64,000 nucleotides of DNA, from assembly GCA_019058425.1 (NCBI GenBank), contig JAHPYZ010000011.1:5032-69031 (forward strand), given 5' to 3'. Below, one piece after another: positions 28,615-38,688 of this stretch (positions are counted from its first letter, which is position 1; each line of letters opens with the position of its first letter). The stretch is from Promethearchaeota archaeon (lineage in GTDB: Archaea; Asgardarchaeota; Lokiarchaeia; Sigyniarchaeales; SOKP01). Made by a program: the position numbers and the translations under genes. Below the pieces are notes generated by a model. It searched no databases. It was not told the DNA's origin and saw only the letters and a program-made list of their open reading frames with translations.

Positions 28615-29631
28615 ATGTTTTTACCAGAATTAGTTACAATTGGGAGTAACACATTAGATATTATAATTGATATTGATGATATATTACGTTTTGAATTAAT
28701 GGATAAAGATATTATAAAAAAGTACACAGCGATTGAATACTCTCGTAAACTGAATGTTAAGAATGTTAGATTTGTCCCAGGAGGGTCAGGAGCTAATATA
28801 GCAGCAAATTGTTCCATGCTTGGATTAAAAAGTTCATATCTTGGTGTAATGGGAAATGATTTTTCAGCAGAAATTTGTTTAACCGACTTAAGGAAACGAG
28901 GTGTTGATCTATCTCACGTAATTCAAACTGAAAGAGATACTACAGCATTATCAATAATTTTAAGAACTCCATGGGGTAAAGATAGAAGTATTCTTGCTTA
29001 CAAAGGTGCTAATAATCTATTAAGGTCCTCAGATGTCAATGAAGAATTATTCAATAACATTAAAGCATTCGCTTGGACTTCTTTAACTACTGATGATGGG
29101 TGTAGCGCTATAGAAAAAGCGATAACGTTAACAAAAAACAAAGGTGGTCTTATTTTTGCGGCCCCAAGTATGTCAATTATTAAAAATGCTACAAAATGGG
29201 CAAAAATCTTGATTTCCAATTCCGATGTAGTATCAATGAATTTAGAAGAAGCCCAAGAATTTACGGGAGAGAGTAAAAAAACTCTTATGATAAAGAATTT
29301 CTTGGATATGGGAATTAAATTAATTTCAATAACTGATGGCCCTAATGGTTCGATTATTTCAGATGGAAAGATTATTATCAATAGTGGAGTTTATAGTGCA
29401 GGTAAGGTTGAGGATACCACTGGAGCGGGTGATGCTTTCCTAACTGGAATCTTAATCTCTCGGTTAAATAATTTCAATCTTGAAAAAACATCAAAAATGG
29501 CAACAGCAATGTCTTATTTAGAATGTTTGGAAGTAGGTGTCCGAGAAGGGTTACCCCAGAGTTTACAAGAACTTGAAGATTTTATAAATAATAATACTAT
29601 CAAGCAAGTTATATCCGAAATTGTACAATAA
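28615..29631 (+). CDS. PfkB/ribokinase-family carbohydrate kinase
   Basis: PGGSGANIA, NLEEA, DTTGAGDAF. Confidence 0.9.
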   Translation: MFLPELVTIGSNTLDIIIDIDDILRFELMDKDIIKKYTAIEYSRKLNVKNVRFVPGGSGANIAANCSMLGLKSSYLGVMGNDFSAEICLTDLRKRGVDLSHVIQTERDTTALSIILRTPWGKDRSILAYKGANNLLRSSDVNEELFNNIKAFAWTSLTTDDGCSAIEKAITLTKNKGGLIFAAPSMSIIKNATKWAKILISNSDVVSMNLEEAQEFTGESKKTLMIKNFLDMGIKLISITDGPNGSIISDGKIIINSGVYSAGKVEDTTGAGDAFLTGILISRLNNFNLEKTSKMATAMSYLECLEVGVREGLPQSLQELEDFINNNTIKQVISEIVQ

Positions 29632-29694
29632 AACAGATTTTTTAAGATTCAATAAATTTTAATTTTTTGATATATTTCTAATATTAACGTAAAT

Positions 29695-29797
29695 GCGCTC
29701 TTAGTATAGTGGTAAGTATGCCAGGTTGCCAAGAACTATGAGGAAAAGCATCGTTCGCAATTACCTGGCGACCCGGGTTCAATTCCCGGAGGGCGCA
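29695..29797 (+). tRNA. tRNA-Gly(GCC) with canonical 37/38 intron (29732-29762, 31 nt)
   Basis: Acceptor GCGCTCT/AGGGCGC; anticodon arm CCAGG-TTGCCA..A-CCTGG; T-arm CCGGG-TTCAATT-CCCGG; strict BHB (GAAC/GTTC, TTGC/GCAA, 3-nt bulges). Confidence 0.95.
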
Positions 29798-29935
29798 CTT
29801 TTTTCTCTATAAACTAAATATCTTCAATATTTTATTAAGATGTTCACATGCTAAAACTTTTTAAAATAATTATATTCACCTAATATAAAGAATAATTATT
29901 CAAAATTTATTATTTAATCTAAATAAACGTGATAA

Positions 29936-30961
29936 GTGGATAAAATGAGTATAGATATATCAGATAGTATTGAAAGTGGTAATTTGACTATTAAAGTTCT
30001 AACTACAAATACGACTCTTTCAACGTTATTAACCGATGAAAAATTTGAAGGAAAAGTAGTACAACCCCATACTAATGCAAGTAAATATTTAGGAGAGCAT
30101 GGTCTTGCTATGAGCATAGAAATAAAACAAGGAGAAGAGACAAAAAAATATCTTTTAGATGCGGGAGGTCCCAGAAACTCTATAATCTCTAACGCAGAAG
30201 CAATGAGTATAGATTTCAAGGATTATGATAAATTGATCTTAAGTCATGGGCATGTGGACCATTTTGGAGGGCTGATGAATGTACTTCCTAAACTTAAAGA
30301 GGGATGTGAGATAATTATAACTCCTAATTCATTTAATCAAAACACAATTTTAGTCCCGAAAGCAAGTCAAGAGTTTTACTCCCCAGAAGAATTAACAGAG
30401 GGATTTCGTGAATTGCAAAAACAAAATGCCTTTATCTTTAGTATAAAATTACCTTCAATGAATAGATCCTTAATTGAGAACTTAGTTTCTCAAAATAAAC
30501 TTAAAATTGTAGAGACTCAGAAACCAATTAAATTATCTAAAGGAATAACAACTAGTGGAGAAATTGAAATTTTTGATGAGACAGAACTTACTAAAGGGAT
30601 CTACTTAATGAAAAGTAGAAAAGAATTTGAAAAAAACACCTTTAGAGATGAAAATTCAATATATATTAATGTTAAGGATAAAGGACTTGTAGTGATTTCG
30701 GGATGTGGACACACCGGAATTATAAATACAATTAAACACGGACAAAAATTAACTGGAATCAACAAGGTTTATGCTGTTATCGGTGGATTTCATAAGGAGT
30801 GGGAAAAAACAGAAGATATTGAAGAATCAATTCGAATTATCGAAGAATTAAATCCAGAAATAACATGTGGAATGCATTGTACAGGATTTGAATTTAATAA
30901 AATAATGTCTCGACATCCATCTCATACCTTTGGGATAGTCGGAACAGAATTTCACCTATAA
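29936..30961 (+). CDS. MBL-fold metallo-hydrolase (COG1237-like)
   Basis: GEHGLA, LLDAG, SHGHVDHFGG, SGCGHTG, GGFH, MHCTG. Confidence 0.88.
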   Translation: MDKMSIDISDSIESGNLTIKVLTTNTTLSTLLTDEKFEGKVVQPHTNASKYLGEHGLAMSIEIKQGEETKKYLLDAGGPRNSIISNAEAMSIDFKDYDKLILSHGHVDHFGGLMNVLPKLKEGCEIIITPNSFNQNTILVPKASQEFYSPEELTEGFRELQKQNAFIFSIKLPSMNRSLIENLVSQNKLKIVETQKPIKLSKGITTSGEIEIFDETELTKGIYLMKSRKEFEKNTFRDENSIYINVKDKGLVVISGCGHTGIINTIKHGQKLTGINKVYAVIGGFHKEWEKTEDIEESIRIIEELNPEITCGMHCTGFEFNKIMSRHPSHTFGIVGTEFHL

Positions 30962-30984
30962 CTTTTTTTTTTATTAAAATCTGT

Positions 30985-31302
30985 GTGAAGAAAATGGTAA
31001 ATCAAAATTATAACATATTTATTGAGATTTTTGAAAGTGATGGTTTTTGTAATCGCCATAAAGTTGGTGAAAAATTCAAATATCCAGAAGATAATGGTAA
31101 AATTTGCCACTGGTTATTAGATAGTATGAATTCAATGATTCGCGTCCTTAATTATGGAGGTACTCTTCCATGGACATATAGTGATACTCCTTATGAAAAA
31201 AGCATTGATCTAAATGGAATAACAACTGAATTTGTACGATGTCCAGATCCAACTGCTAGAATTGTTGCTAAAATTACTAGAATTCCAAGTTCAAATGATT
31301 AA
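30985..31302 (+). CDS. Small Cys-containing protein, TIGR04076-like
   Basis: C..HKVGEKF, ICHW, RCPDP pattern. Confidence 0.7.
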   Translation: MKKMVNQNYNIFIEIFESDGFCNRHKVGEKFKYPEDNGKICHWLLDSMNSMIRVLNYGGTLPWTYSDTPYEKSIDLNGITTEFVRCPDPTARIVAKITRIPSSND

Positions 31303-32136
31303 TTAATCTGTCCAAAAATTTCTGGCTAGTCCTCGTCGTTTATTCCAGAGTTCATTTTTTCCAGAAAAGCCTATAATACCTGCTCCCTTATCTGCATCTT
31401 TAATTTGCCACATTCCGCTTACAGCTCCAGTTAAGGCACCCGAAAGTACCTCAAATCCTTGTGCTGTATATAAATCGCACTCAACTCCACGATTAATTAT
31501 AAATTTTAATTGGCGCATACCTTGTTGATTCTTCGAAGCCAAGACTTCAAGCAATTTTTCGACCTCTAAATCAAGCTGATCATTAGGAACAACACGATTC
31601 CATAAATTCCACTCAACAGCTCTTTTTGCTGAATGTAGTGCACCTATTAAATTAATTTCCTTTGCCCGACGTCTCCCTATCAAGCGTGCTAAGCGTGTAG
31701 TCCCTCCCCATCCAGGAGTAATTCCTACATCCACTTCAGGCATGCCCCATTTAGCTCTTTCCGTAGCAATAACAAAGTCACATGCCATAGTAATTTCTAA
31801 TCCACCTCCAACAGCATAACCATCAACTGCAGCTATCGTAATCTTATCTAACTCTTCTAATTGATTTGCCATGTTTTGATAATATCGGACACGACGGGTG
31901 ATATCGTTAGCATCACCCCAATTCAACATCTCATTAATATCATCTCCAACACTGAAATTACCTCCAGCTCCTTTTATTACAAGAAATTTTGTTTTTGTTG
32001 ACTTGCGGACTTCTTCAATAGCATATACAATCTCATCTGAGAGCTGCATGCTTAAAGCATTCAATACTTTTGGTCTATTTAGTGTAATCCAAACTACATT
32101 CTCTTTTTCTTTAAATATTAGTTGTTCATATTTCAT
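31303..32136 (-). CDS. Enoyl-CoA hydratase/isomerase family protein
   Basis: LNRPKVLNALS, FSVGDD, AVGGGLE, MPEVDVGITPGWGG. Confidence 0.92.
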   Translation of the reverse strand: MKYEQLIFKEKENVVWITLNRPKVLNALSMQLSDEIVYAIEEVRKSTKTKFLVIKGAGGNFSVGDDINEMLNWGDANDITRRVRYYQNMANQLEELDKITIAAVDGYAVGGGLEITMACDFVIATERAKWGMPEVDVGITPGWGGTTRLARLIGRRRAKEINLIGALHSAKRAVEWNLWNRVVPNDQLDLEVEKLLEVLASKNQQGMRQLKFIINRGVECDLYTAQGFEVLSGALTGAVSGMWQIKDADKGAGIIGFSGKNELWNKRRGLARNFWTD

Positions 32137-32430
32137 AAATTAAGTTTCAATCATATTGTTATTAAAGATTAATAATGCATTTCAAAGAAAATTTGAAAAT
32201 ACTCGAAGTAATATTTCTTAAGTATTATTGAGGAATTCTCTTAAGCTATATGAAACAGCGTGAAAGGTCTGTTTCACGAAGTTAAAGAAAAGAAAAGAAT
32301 TCTTCATCAAATTGAATTTACAGAAAGCTTAATATATAACTTTGTTTCTATGCTAGATTGATACGTAAATCCAATACGTGTCATAAACAATCAAAATTTA
32401 TGAGTGTAAAATTACGAATGTGAAGGAATA

Positions 32431-33057
32431 ATGGACTTTATAACTGAAATTGTTGAATTAAATGAAAATAATGTAAAGGAATTATTAAAGACAAGAATTC
32501 AAAATAATGAAGACCCTCTAAAAATTATGGATGATGTAAAAGAATCAATGAAAATTATAGGAGATAAATTCAGTAAAAAAGAATATTTTCTACCAGAATT
32601 GATAATGTCAGGAGAAATTCTAAAACAAATTTTTGAAGAATTGGGTCCAAAACTAAAGGAAACACAAATATCTGGAAAAAAAAAGGGGAGAGTGCTATTG
32701 GGGACCGTTTCTGGAGATATTCACGATATTGGAAAAGATGTCGTGAAATTCATGTTGGATGCAAATGGATTTGATGTGTTAGATTTGGGAGTAGATGTTC
32801 CAGCTGATAAATTCATTGAAAGTTTGAGGGAATATAAGCCCAATGTTTTAGCTTTGAGCGGTTTCCTGACACTTGCATATGATTCGATGAAAGAGATCAT
32901 TGGAAAGTTAAAAAAGTCTGGATTGAGAGATGACGTAAAAATTATGATTGGAGGCGGTACAGTGGATGAGAGAATTGTAGGATATGTCGGAGCTGATGCT
33001 TATGGACAAAGTGCTGTCGATGCTGTAAATATAGCAACTAAATGGACGGAGGTATGA
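32431..33057 (+). CDS. Corrinoid (cobalamin-binding) methyltransferase protein
   Basis: EYFLPEL cap domain; GDIHDIGK (DxHxxG), DLGVDVP, MIGGG. Confidence 0.93.
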   Translation: MDFITEIVELNENNVKELLKTRIQNNEDPLKIMDDVKESMKIIGDKFSKKEYFLPELIMSGEILKQIFEELGPKLKETQISGKKKGRVLLGTVSGDIHDIGKDVVKFMLDANGFDVLDLGVDVPADKFIESLREYKPNVLALSGFLTLAYDSMKEIIGKLKKSGLRDDVKIMIGGGTVDERIVGYVGADAYGQSAVDAVNIATKWTEV

Positions 33058-33062
33058 GTAAA

Positions 33063-34373
33063 ATGAGTAAAATTATACCAGAACAACTTATAAAAGAAAG
33101 AGTCCAGAGGGTAAGAGATGCATTAGCATTGAGAGAACCAGATCGCGTTCCTATCACACCATTTGCTGATGTTTTTTTTGCACCCCTTCAAGTGGGATTG
33201 TCCCATAAAGATACGATGTATAAAGGTAGAAAAGTGGGTAATGCAAGTCTTAAAGTATTTAGTCGGTATGATTGGGATCTTTACCCTTATATGGTTTTAT
33301 CCGGTTTGGGAAAGCTCAACGATCTTGTCGGGAATCAATGTATGAAATGGGCTGGGGCTTCTGATCCAGATTATCGTTTAGGTGATAACCAACCATATCA
33401 ATATATAGAAAAGGCATGGATGCAAGCAGATGAATATGAAGAATTAATAACTGATATGACAGGTTTTTTACTTCGTAATATCGTTCCACGTCAAAATTCA
33501 GAGTTAAAAGACTTTGAAAAATTACCTCAAGCATCAATGTTTTCCTCAATGATGTCATATTTGGGAGTTGTCATGTTTTTTGTGGATCGAAAAGTGAAGA
33601 AGATGCTTAAGAACATGAAGAAATCACTAAGAGCAATGATAGGGTTATTTCTTGGTATGAGAAAATATAATAAATCAATGAAGAAATTAGGAAATCCCGT
33701 AGCAGGGATGGGTGCTGGTATAGGAATGGCACCTTTTGACATGATATCAGATTCTTTAAGGGGAATGCGTGGAACTATGATTGATATGTATAGAAATCCA
33801 GAAGAATTAAAAAAAGCATGTGATATGTTTGCGGATTACCAGTTAAAATCTCTTGATGCAGGTGGTTTGGTTTTTGGGGGATCTGATGAAGATACAGTCT
33901 CAATGTCTTTCATGCCATTACATAGAGGTGCTGATGGATTCATGAGTAATGACCAATTCGAGGAATTTTATTGGCCAGGACTGACTAAGACTATGGAAGG
34001 AATGATTAAAAGAGATTTTATTCCAATGCCTTTCTTTGAAGGAAGGTATAGCGATCGATTAGAGTATTTAGCGGAATTTGCGAAGAAGCATAAAGGGAAA
34101 CTTGTCTACTGGTTTCATGATACAGATCTTATCAAAGCAAAAGAAATGATGGGAGATTATGTATGTATAAGAGGTAATGTTCCTGCATCTTTACTAATTG
34201 GAGGACCACCTAAAGCTGTTGAAGACTACGTTAAGGAATGTATAGAAGGATGTAAGGAAGGCGGAGGTTATCTCGTGGATGGTGGAGTTTCTGGAATCCC
34301 TAACGAAGCTCCACATGAAAATGTGAAGGCTATGACCGATGCCGTTCATAAATATGGTTGGTATCGAAAATAA
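33063..34373 (+). CDS. Uroporphyrinogen decarboxylase/MtaA-like methyltransferase family protein
   Basis: EPDRVP, FMPLH, FMSNDQFEEFYWP, CIRGNVP, GGGY, ENVKAM; SD GGAGGT overlaps the upstream stop region. Confidence 0.85.
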   Translation: MSKIIPEQLIKERVQRVRDALALREPDRVPITPFADVFFAPLQVGLSHKDTMYKGRKVGNASLKVFSRYDWDLYPYMVLSGLGKLNDLVGNQCMKWAGASDPDYRLGDNQPYQYIEKAWMQADEYEELITDMTGFLLRNIVPRQNSELKDFEKLPQASMFSSMMSYLGVVMFFVDRKVKKMLKNMKKSLRAMIGLFLGMRKYNKSMKKLGNPVAGMGAGIGMAPFDMISDSLRGMRGTMIDMYRNPEELKKACDMFADYQLKSLDAGGLVFGGSDEDTVSMSFMPLHRGADGFMSNDQFEEFYWPGLTKTMEGMIKRDFIPMPFFEGRYSDRLEYLAEFAKKHKGKLVYWFHDTDLIKAKEMMGDYVCIRGNVPASLLIGGPPKAVEDYVKECIEGCKEGGGYLVDGGVSGIPNEAPHENVKAMTDAVHKYGWYRK

Positions 34374-34478
34374 ATCAATTTTTTTTTAAAATATTTACTT
34401 TACATAATTGAAGATTAATATTCTATTGAAGATTCAAAATCTAATCAAGTTAAATATGTTAAATCATATTACTATTAC

Positions 34479-35567
34479 ATGTCTTCACATCTAGATACCC
34501 CTCAAGGCCCCTTTCCTCCCAAAGTTGAGCGAGCGTTTTTAGACATTTGTCGTAAATATCCTGAACAAGTATTAACAAGCAATGATTCTTCTATGAAAGA
34601 AGGTTTTGAGTACCTATTTAGTGTAGGTCTTAGCTTTCCTGGTGCTGGGACTAAATATTCTAAAAGAAAAATGATGAAAGATAGAATATCCGCGTTTTCC
34701 CAGGGTAAAGGGAAAATTTCTAGTCTAATATCAATGATGAAGATTTTTCCTAAAATATTTATAGGATTGAAAAGAAGTTATAGAGATTTAGAACCTTATA
34801 TTCAAGAAATTGAGAATTTATCATTTAAACGCACAAATCTTCCACCTCCTTCAACTAACCATGAGTTATGGGAAGAACTCAACCTATATACTGCTAAAAA
34901 ATGGGATATAACTAAAATTGGTTTCACTGAACTACCAAGAGAATTAATTTTTAAGGATAAACTGGTGCTTTTTCGGTATGCATTAGTCTTTATTCAAGAG
35001 ATGAATAAGGATAAGATTGATCAAGCACCCTTATCTGCTGCAGGTAGAGAAGTTATGAGGGTATATGCAACTTTGGGACAAGCCGTGAATGAAATTGCGA
35101 GATGGTTACGAAAGAAAGGGATTCGTTGTCAAAGTAATCATCCATTGGGAGGATTGGTCTGTACTCCACCACTTGCGGGAAAAGCAGGAATTGGAGGACA
35201 AGGAATGCATGGGATGCTTATAACTCCTGAATTTGGATCACGCCAAAGGATTGCACCGATTTTTATTGAAGAGAAAATATTCGACTATACCGATAACTCA
35301 GACCACATTTGGATTGAAGAATATTGTAAAACGTGTGGCTTATGCCAAAAAAATTGTCCTGCTAATGCAATTCAAGAAATAAAACGAATTACTATTAACA
35401 ATGTTCCTGGTATTGGAGCTATGCGTACTTGTATTGACCGAGAAAAGTGTTTTCCCTATTTTCTGAAGACAACAGGTTGTAGTATCTGCCTTAAAGTATG
35501 TCCTTTCTCTAAAGGTAACCAAACTTATGATAAGTTAAAAGATATAATAAACAAGAAAAAAAATTAA
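34479..35567 (+). CDS. Reductive dehalogenase/QueG-like cobalamin, 2x[4Fe-4S] protein
   Basis: AGKAGIGGQGMHGMLITPEFGSRQR; CKTCGLCQKNCP; C..YF...GCSICLKVCP. Confidence 0.82.
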   Translation: MSSHLDTPQGPFPPKVERAFLDICRKYPEQVLTSNDSSMKEGFEYLFSVGLSFPGAGTKYSKRKMMKDRISAFSQGKGKISSLISMMKIFPKIFIGLKRSYRDLEPYIQEIENLSFKRTNLPPPSTNHELWEELNLYTAKKWDITKIGFTELPRELIFKDKLVLFRYALVFIQEMNKDKIDQAPLSAAGREVMRVYATLGQAVNEIARWLRKKGIRCQSNHPLGGLVCTPPLAGKAGIGGQGMHGMLITPEFGSRQRIAPIFIEEKIFDYTDNSDHIWIEEYCKTCGLCQKNCPANAIQEIKRITINNVPGIGAMRTCIDREKCFPYFLKTTGCSICLKVCPFSKGNQTYDKLKDIINKKKN

Positions 35568-35575
35568 ACCTGATT

Positions 35576-36415
35576 TTATAAAAACCCCAGTAGATCTGTC
35601 ACTCCACTAATTTTTGGAACTGTGATTTTAAAATAATTTTGGACAATATCTATTAAAAGCGATAAATAAGGTTTTTGTATTCTTTCTCCATGTTTTTCTA
35701 AAATATGTTCAATAATTAATTTAGACGTTATTGCTTTTCCTTCTTTATTCTGTATAAGTTCAGTAATTGTTTTAGAGAATTCGTATACTTTATTTATCTC
35801 ATTTCTTAAAATGATTACTCCTGCCATTAAATCATATTCTGTTGCAAATTTGTGTACCATTTCTTTTTCAAATTCTAATTTTTTCGGTTGAATAATTTTC
35901 AATTTATCTCTTATTACTTCACGATTTTTAAAGACAATATAGTCCTTATAATCATTCTTACTAGATTTATAATGAGCTTCTGATATAATTAATAAATCAA
36001 ATTCAAACGAATTTTCCGTTATTGCTTTAAAGAAATTAAGAAGATGATTATATAAAAATTCCTGATCTGAAAGTATTATTGCTTTCTTTCCTAAAAAAAT
36101 GGTTTTAATAATATTTACCATTAACAATTCCGGAATATTCATCTTTATTAAATCGAATTTAATTGTCTCTGTTTCTGGAGTGATTTTTTCTTCTGCAGGT
36201 ATAGTTTTAGGGAGTTCAATTTTAAAATCAGCTACCAAACAATCTCTTACAGAAAAATTTTTATCCACATAAGCAATAAATGAATGTTCACATATCATTC
36301 CTGCTGCTATATTGATAGCTAAAAGACCCTTTGCAACATTTTTTGTAGCATCATCTGCAATCTCAATTTGTTCCCATTTTGAGCAAATGGGACAACGGAT
36401 TTCAATCTTAGCCAT
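35576..36415 (-). CDS. Asgard protein with N-terminal zinc ribbon and possible DENN-like/wHTH C-terminus
   Basis: CPIC...CEH metal ligands; IIKTIFLGKKAIILSD resembles the cDENN core. Confidence 0.6.
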   Translation of the reverse strand: MAKIEIRCPICSKWEQIEIADDATKNVAKGLLAINIAAGMICEHSFIAYVDKNFSVRDCLVADFKIELPKTIPAEEKITPETETIKFDLIKMNIPELLMVNIIKTIFLGKKAIILSDQEFLYNHLLNFFKAITENSFEFDLLIISEAHYKSSKNDYKDYIVFKNREVIRDKLKIIQPKKLEFEKEMVHKFATEYDLMAGVIILRNEINKVYEFSKTITELIQNKEGKAITSKLIIEHILEKHGERIQKPYLSLLIDIVQNYFKITVPKISGVTDLLGFL

Positions 36416-36560
36416 ATTTAGAAAAATGCAATATAAATAATTAATTACAATATTGAAAAACTGTTCTTATACAACCTTATTTTTATATATATATCAAATG
36501 TTGTATTGTTACTTAATAAATTTGCTCAATAACATTAGGTAATTAAAATAGAGAGTATTT

Positions 36561-37040
36561 CTAATATCTTTTAACTCGACCGTAATTTTTCTCTATTAGA
36601 TTTGCTATAAGTAGACAAAATATCGCACTTAGAATTTCTGCTATTAAAAAAGCTATAGTATTATCATAGAATACGATAGAGATAAAGAAAACAATGAAGA
36701 AAAAGAAATTAAAAAAGATGAAAATTATCAATAATGGTTTTGTTACTGGAATACTTAAAAATCTCTTAAGAGTTGAACTTTTGATTTTAGATTTAAGAAA
36801 TCTAGTCCTTAATTTTTCTCTTCTCTCAACTTGAGCATAACTTTCAAATATAATAAGCGCTGCATAGAATAATGCTACCCATATACCAATTGGAATTAAA
36901 ACTATAATGATATGATTGCCCATAGCTAATAAATATTGACCTATAAAAATAAAGAATAATTGGAAAATTCCACTCATTCCTAGCAATAACAATCCACTTC
37001 CAAAGTATTCCTTTGATGTCCAACGAATTTTTATCGGCAT
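36561..37040 (-). CDS. 4-TM membrane protein; start reassigned to ATG 37040
   Basis: Four hydrophobic segments; the ORF-track extension to 37109 runs into the tRNA. Confidence 0.75.
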   Translation of the reverse strand: MPIKIRWTSKEYFGSGLLLLGMSGIFQLFFIFIGQYLLAMGNHIIIVLIPIGIWVALFYAALIIFESYAQVERREKLRTRFLKSKIKSSTLKRFLSIPVTKPLLIIFIFFNFFFFIVFFISIVFYDNTIAFLIAEILSAIFCLLIANLIEKNYGRVKRY

Positions 37041-37067
37041 ACTAATCTTTTTATAAATATAATTTAG

Positions 37068-37170
37068 TGGGCCCGGCGCGATTTGAACGCACGACCTTCC
37101 GCACGTCAAGCGGACGTCATACCGAGTTATCCAAAACTCAGAAAATGAGTTTTCTCTAGACCACGGGCCC
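37068..37170 (-). tRNA. tRNA-Val(GAC) with non-canonical D-loop intron (~37127-37155, 29 nt, position ~15/16)
   Basis: Acceptor GGGCCCG/CGGGCCC-A; anticodon TCCGC-TTGACGT-GCGGA; T-loop TTCAAAT; removing the insert gives a 74-nt tRNA with D region GTCTAGCTCGGTATGAC. Confidence 0.9.
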
Positions 37171-37308
37171 TTTTATTCATATTTATGAATAATTAAATTA
37201 CTCGTATGTAATTTATATTATTAAAAAATAAATATTTTATTAAAAATTGTAGATTTCTGATAAATTCCCTTACTTTTAAAAATAAAATAAAAAATTAAAA
37301 ATATTTGT

Positions 37309-38544
37309 TTAAGCTTTTTTCTCTCGTAAAGCCCGAATCATGGGTAAATCATTTCCAGAAAGAATTTCTAACATGGCACCACCAGCAGTCGAGATAAATG
37401 AAACATCATCTGCTTTACCCGCCATTGAGGCCGCAGCTCCCATTTCACCACCCCCAATTATGGTAAGAGCCTTGTTTTTCTTTGTAGCATTTACCATAGT
37501 GCCTATAATCTCATTTGTGGCCTTTCTAAAAACTTCCTTTTCAAAAATCCCAGGTGGACCATTTGCGATAATTGTTTTACATTTCATGAGGATTTCATTA
37601 AATTTCTCAACTGTTTTCTCACCTATATCTCCGGTTGTTGTATTATATGTACCGGCTTCGTCTATATTAATCGTTTTTCTATTACCATTATCATCTATAA
37701 TTAAGTCTACTGGTAGAATTATCTTATCTTTATATTTCTCATATGTATCAATTATCATATCTTTATTAGCTTCTAAGTCTTTAACAATAATATTATGGTT
37801 GGGTTCTCCCATATTTTTACCTAAAGCTTCAAAGATCAAAATCGCAGTCAATCCTGAACATAGGGCATAGTCTAACTTTTCATTATCGAAATTATACTTC
37901 ATTGCTTTAAATTTATCAATAGCTTTTGCTCCACCAATTAACATTGCCATAGGTTTTTCAGGATCCTGCATTATTTTCTTCAAGGCGTCTAACTCTTTAT
38001 CAGTGATCGGTCCTGCCATCATCTTTGGCCACCCTACTATGGATGCATGAGCTCTATGGGCTGCTCCAAAAGCGTCAACAATTACATAATCCACTAACGG
38101 ATATAATGTTTTTATCATTTCAGTATTTTCTGCTTCAGAAAAATCTTTATAATTTTTCATTTCTCCTTCAAATTTTCGAACATTATCAAGAACTAAAACC
38201 TCTCCTGGTTTTAGATCTCTAATTGCTTGAACAGCCTGTTGACCAAAGATATCTTTAACAAACTTAACTGGTCGACCAAGATATTTCTCAATTTCTCTCG
38301 CATGTATATCTAAGTCTGTAAAATCGTCATTTCCAGGACGAGATTGATGAGCTAAAATAATTACAGCACTTTTTTTAAAATATTCATTCAAAGCTGGAAC
38401 AAGAGCTCGAATTCGAGGAGAATCTCTAATCTCCATTTTTTCTGTATCAATATTAGAGTTAATATCAACTCTCATTAAGATTTTTTTTCCTTTTAATTTC
38501 ACATCTTTATAAGATGTATAATCTATCTTCACTTGTCGTTTCAC
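37309..38544 (-). CDS. pgk: Phosphoglycerate kinase
   Basis: RVDIN, LAHQSRP, LDNVR, DAFGAAHRAHAS, GGAK, NGPPGIFE, ISTAGGA. Confidence 0.96.
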   Translation of the reverse strand: MKRQVKIDYTSYKDVKLKGKKILMRVDINSNIDTEKMEIRDSPRIRALVPALNEYFKKSAVIILAHQSRPGNDDFTDLDIHAREIEKYLGRPVKFVKDIFGQQAVQAIRDLKPGEVLVLDNVRKFEGEMKNYKDFSEAENTEMIKTLYPLVDYVIVDAFGAAHRAHASIVGWPKMMAGPITDKELDALKKIMQDPEKPMAMLIGGAKAIDKFKAMKYNFDNEKLDYALCSGLTAILIFEALGKNMGEPNHNIIVKDLEANKDMIIDTYEKYKDKIILPVDLIIDDNGNRKTINIDEAGTYNTTTGDIGEKTVEKFNEILMKCKTIIANGPPGIFEKEVFRKATNEIIGTMVNATKKNKALTIIGGGEMGAAASMAGKADDVSFISTAGGAMLEILSGNDLPMIRALREKKA

Positions 38545-38688
38545 TTTTAATTAGGATTTAAAATTGATATAACAGTAATTTATAATTATTTTGAGTAGTT
38601 ATTATTTTTTTTCAAAAATTAGTAAAATACAAAATTCATGGATTTTTATTGACCTCAAGAAAATAATTATTTGCAAAGGTAAAGCTAA

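Noticed and set aside
32250-32280. ATGA...AAA...GA hairpin as a eukaryote-like SECIS element
   Set aside because: The TGA pairs canonically with TCA instead of forming tandem G-A pairs, it is not in a 3' UTR, and no adjacent gene has an in-frame UGA at a Cys position.
37041-37109. N-terminal extension of the membrane protein ORF
   Set aside because: It overlaps the tRNA-Val 3' half; ATG 37040 is the plausible start.
29695-37170. Region between the two tRNAs as an integrated element
   Set aside because: No integrase, no duplicated tRNA 3' end seen, and the content is metabolic.
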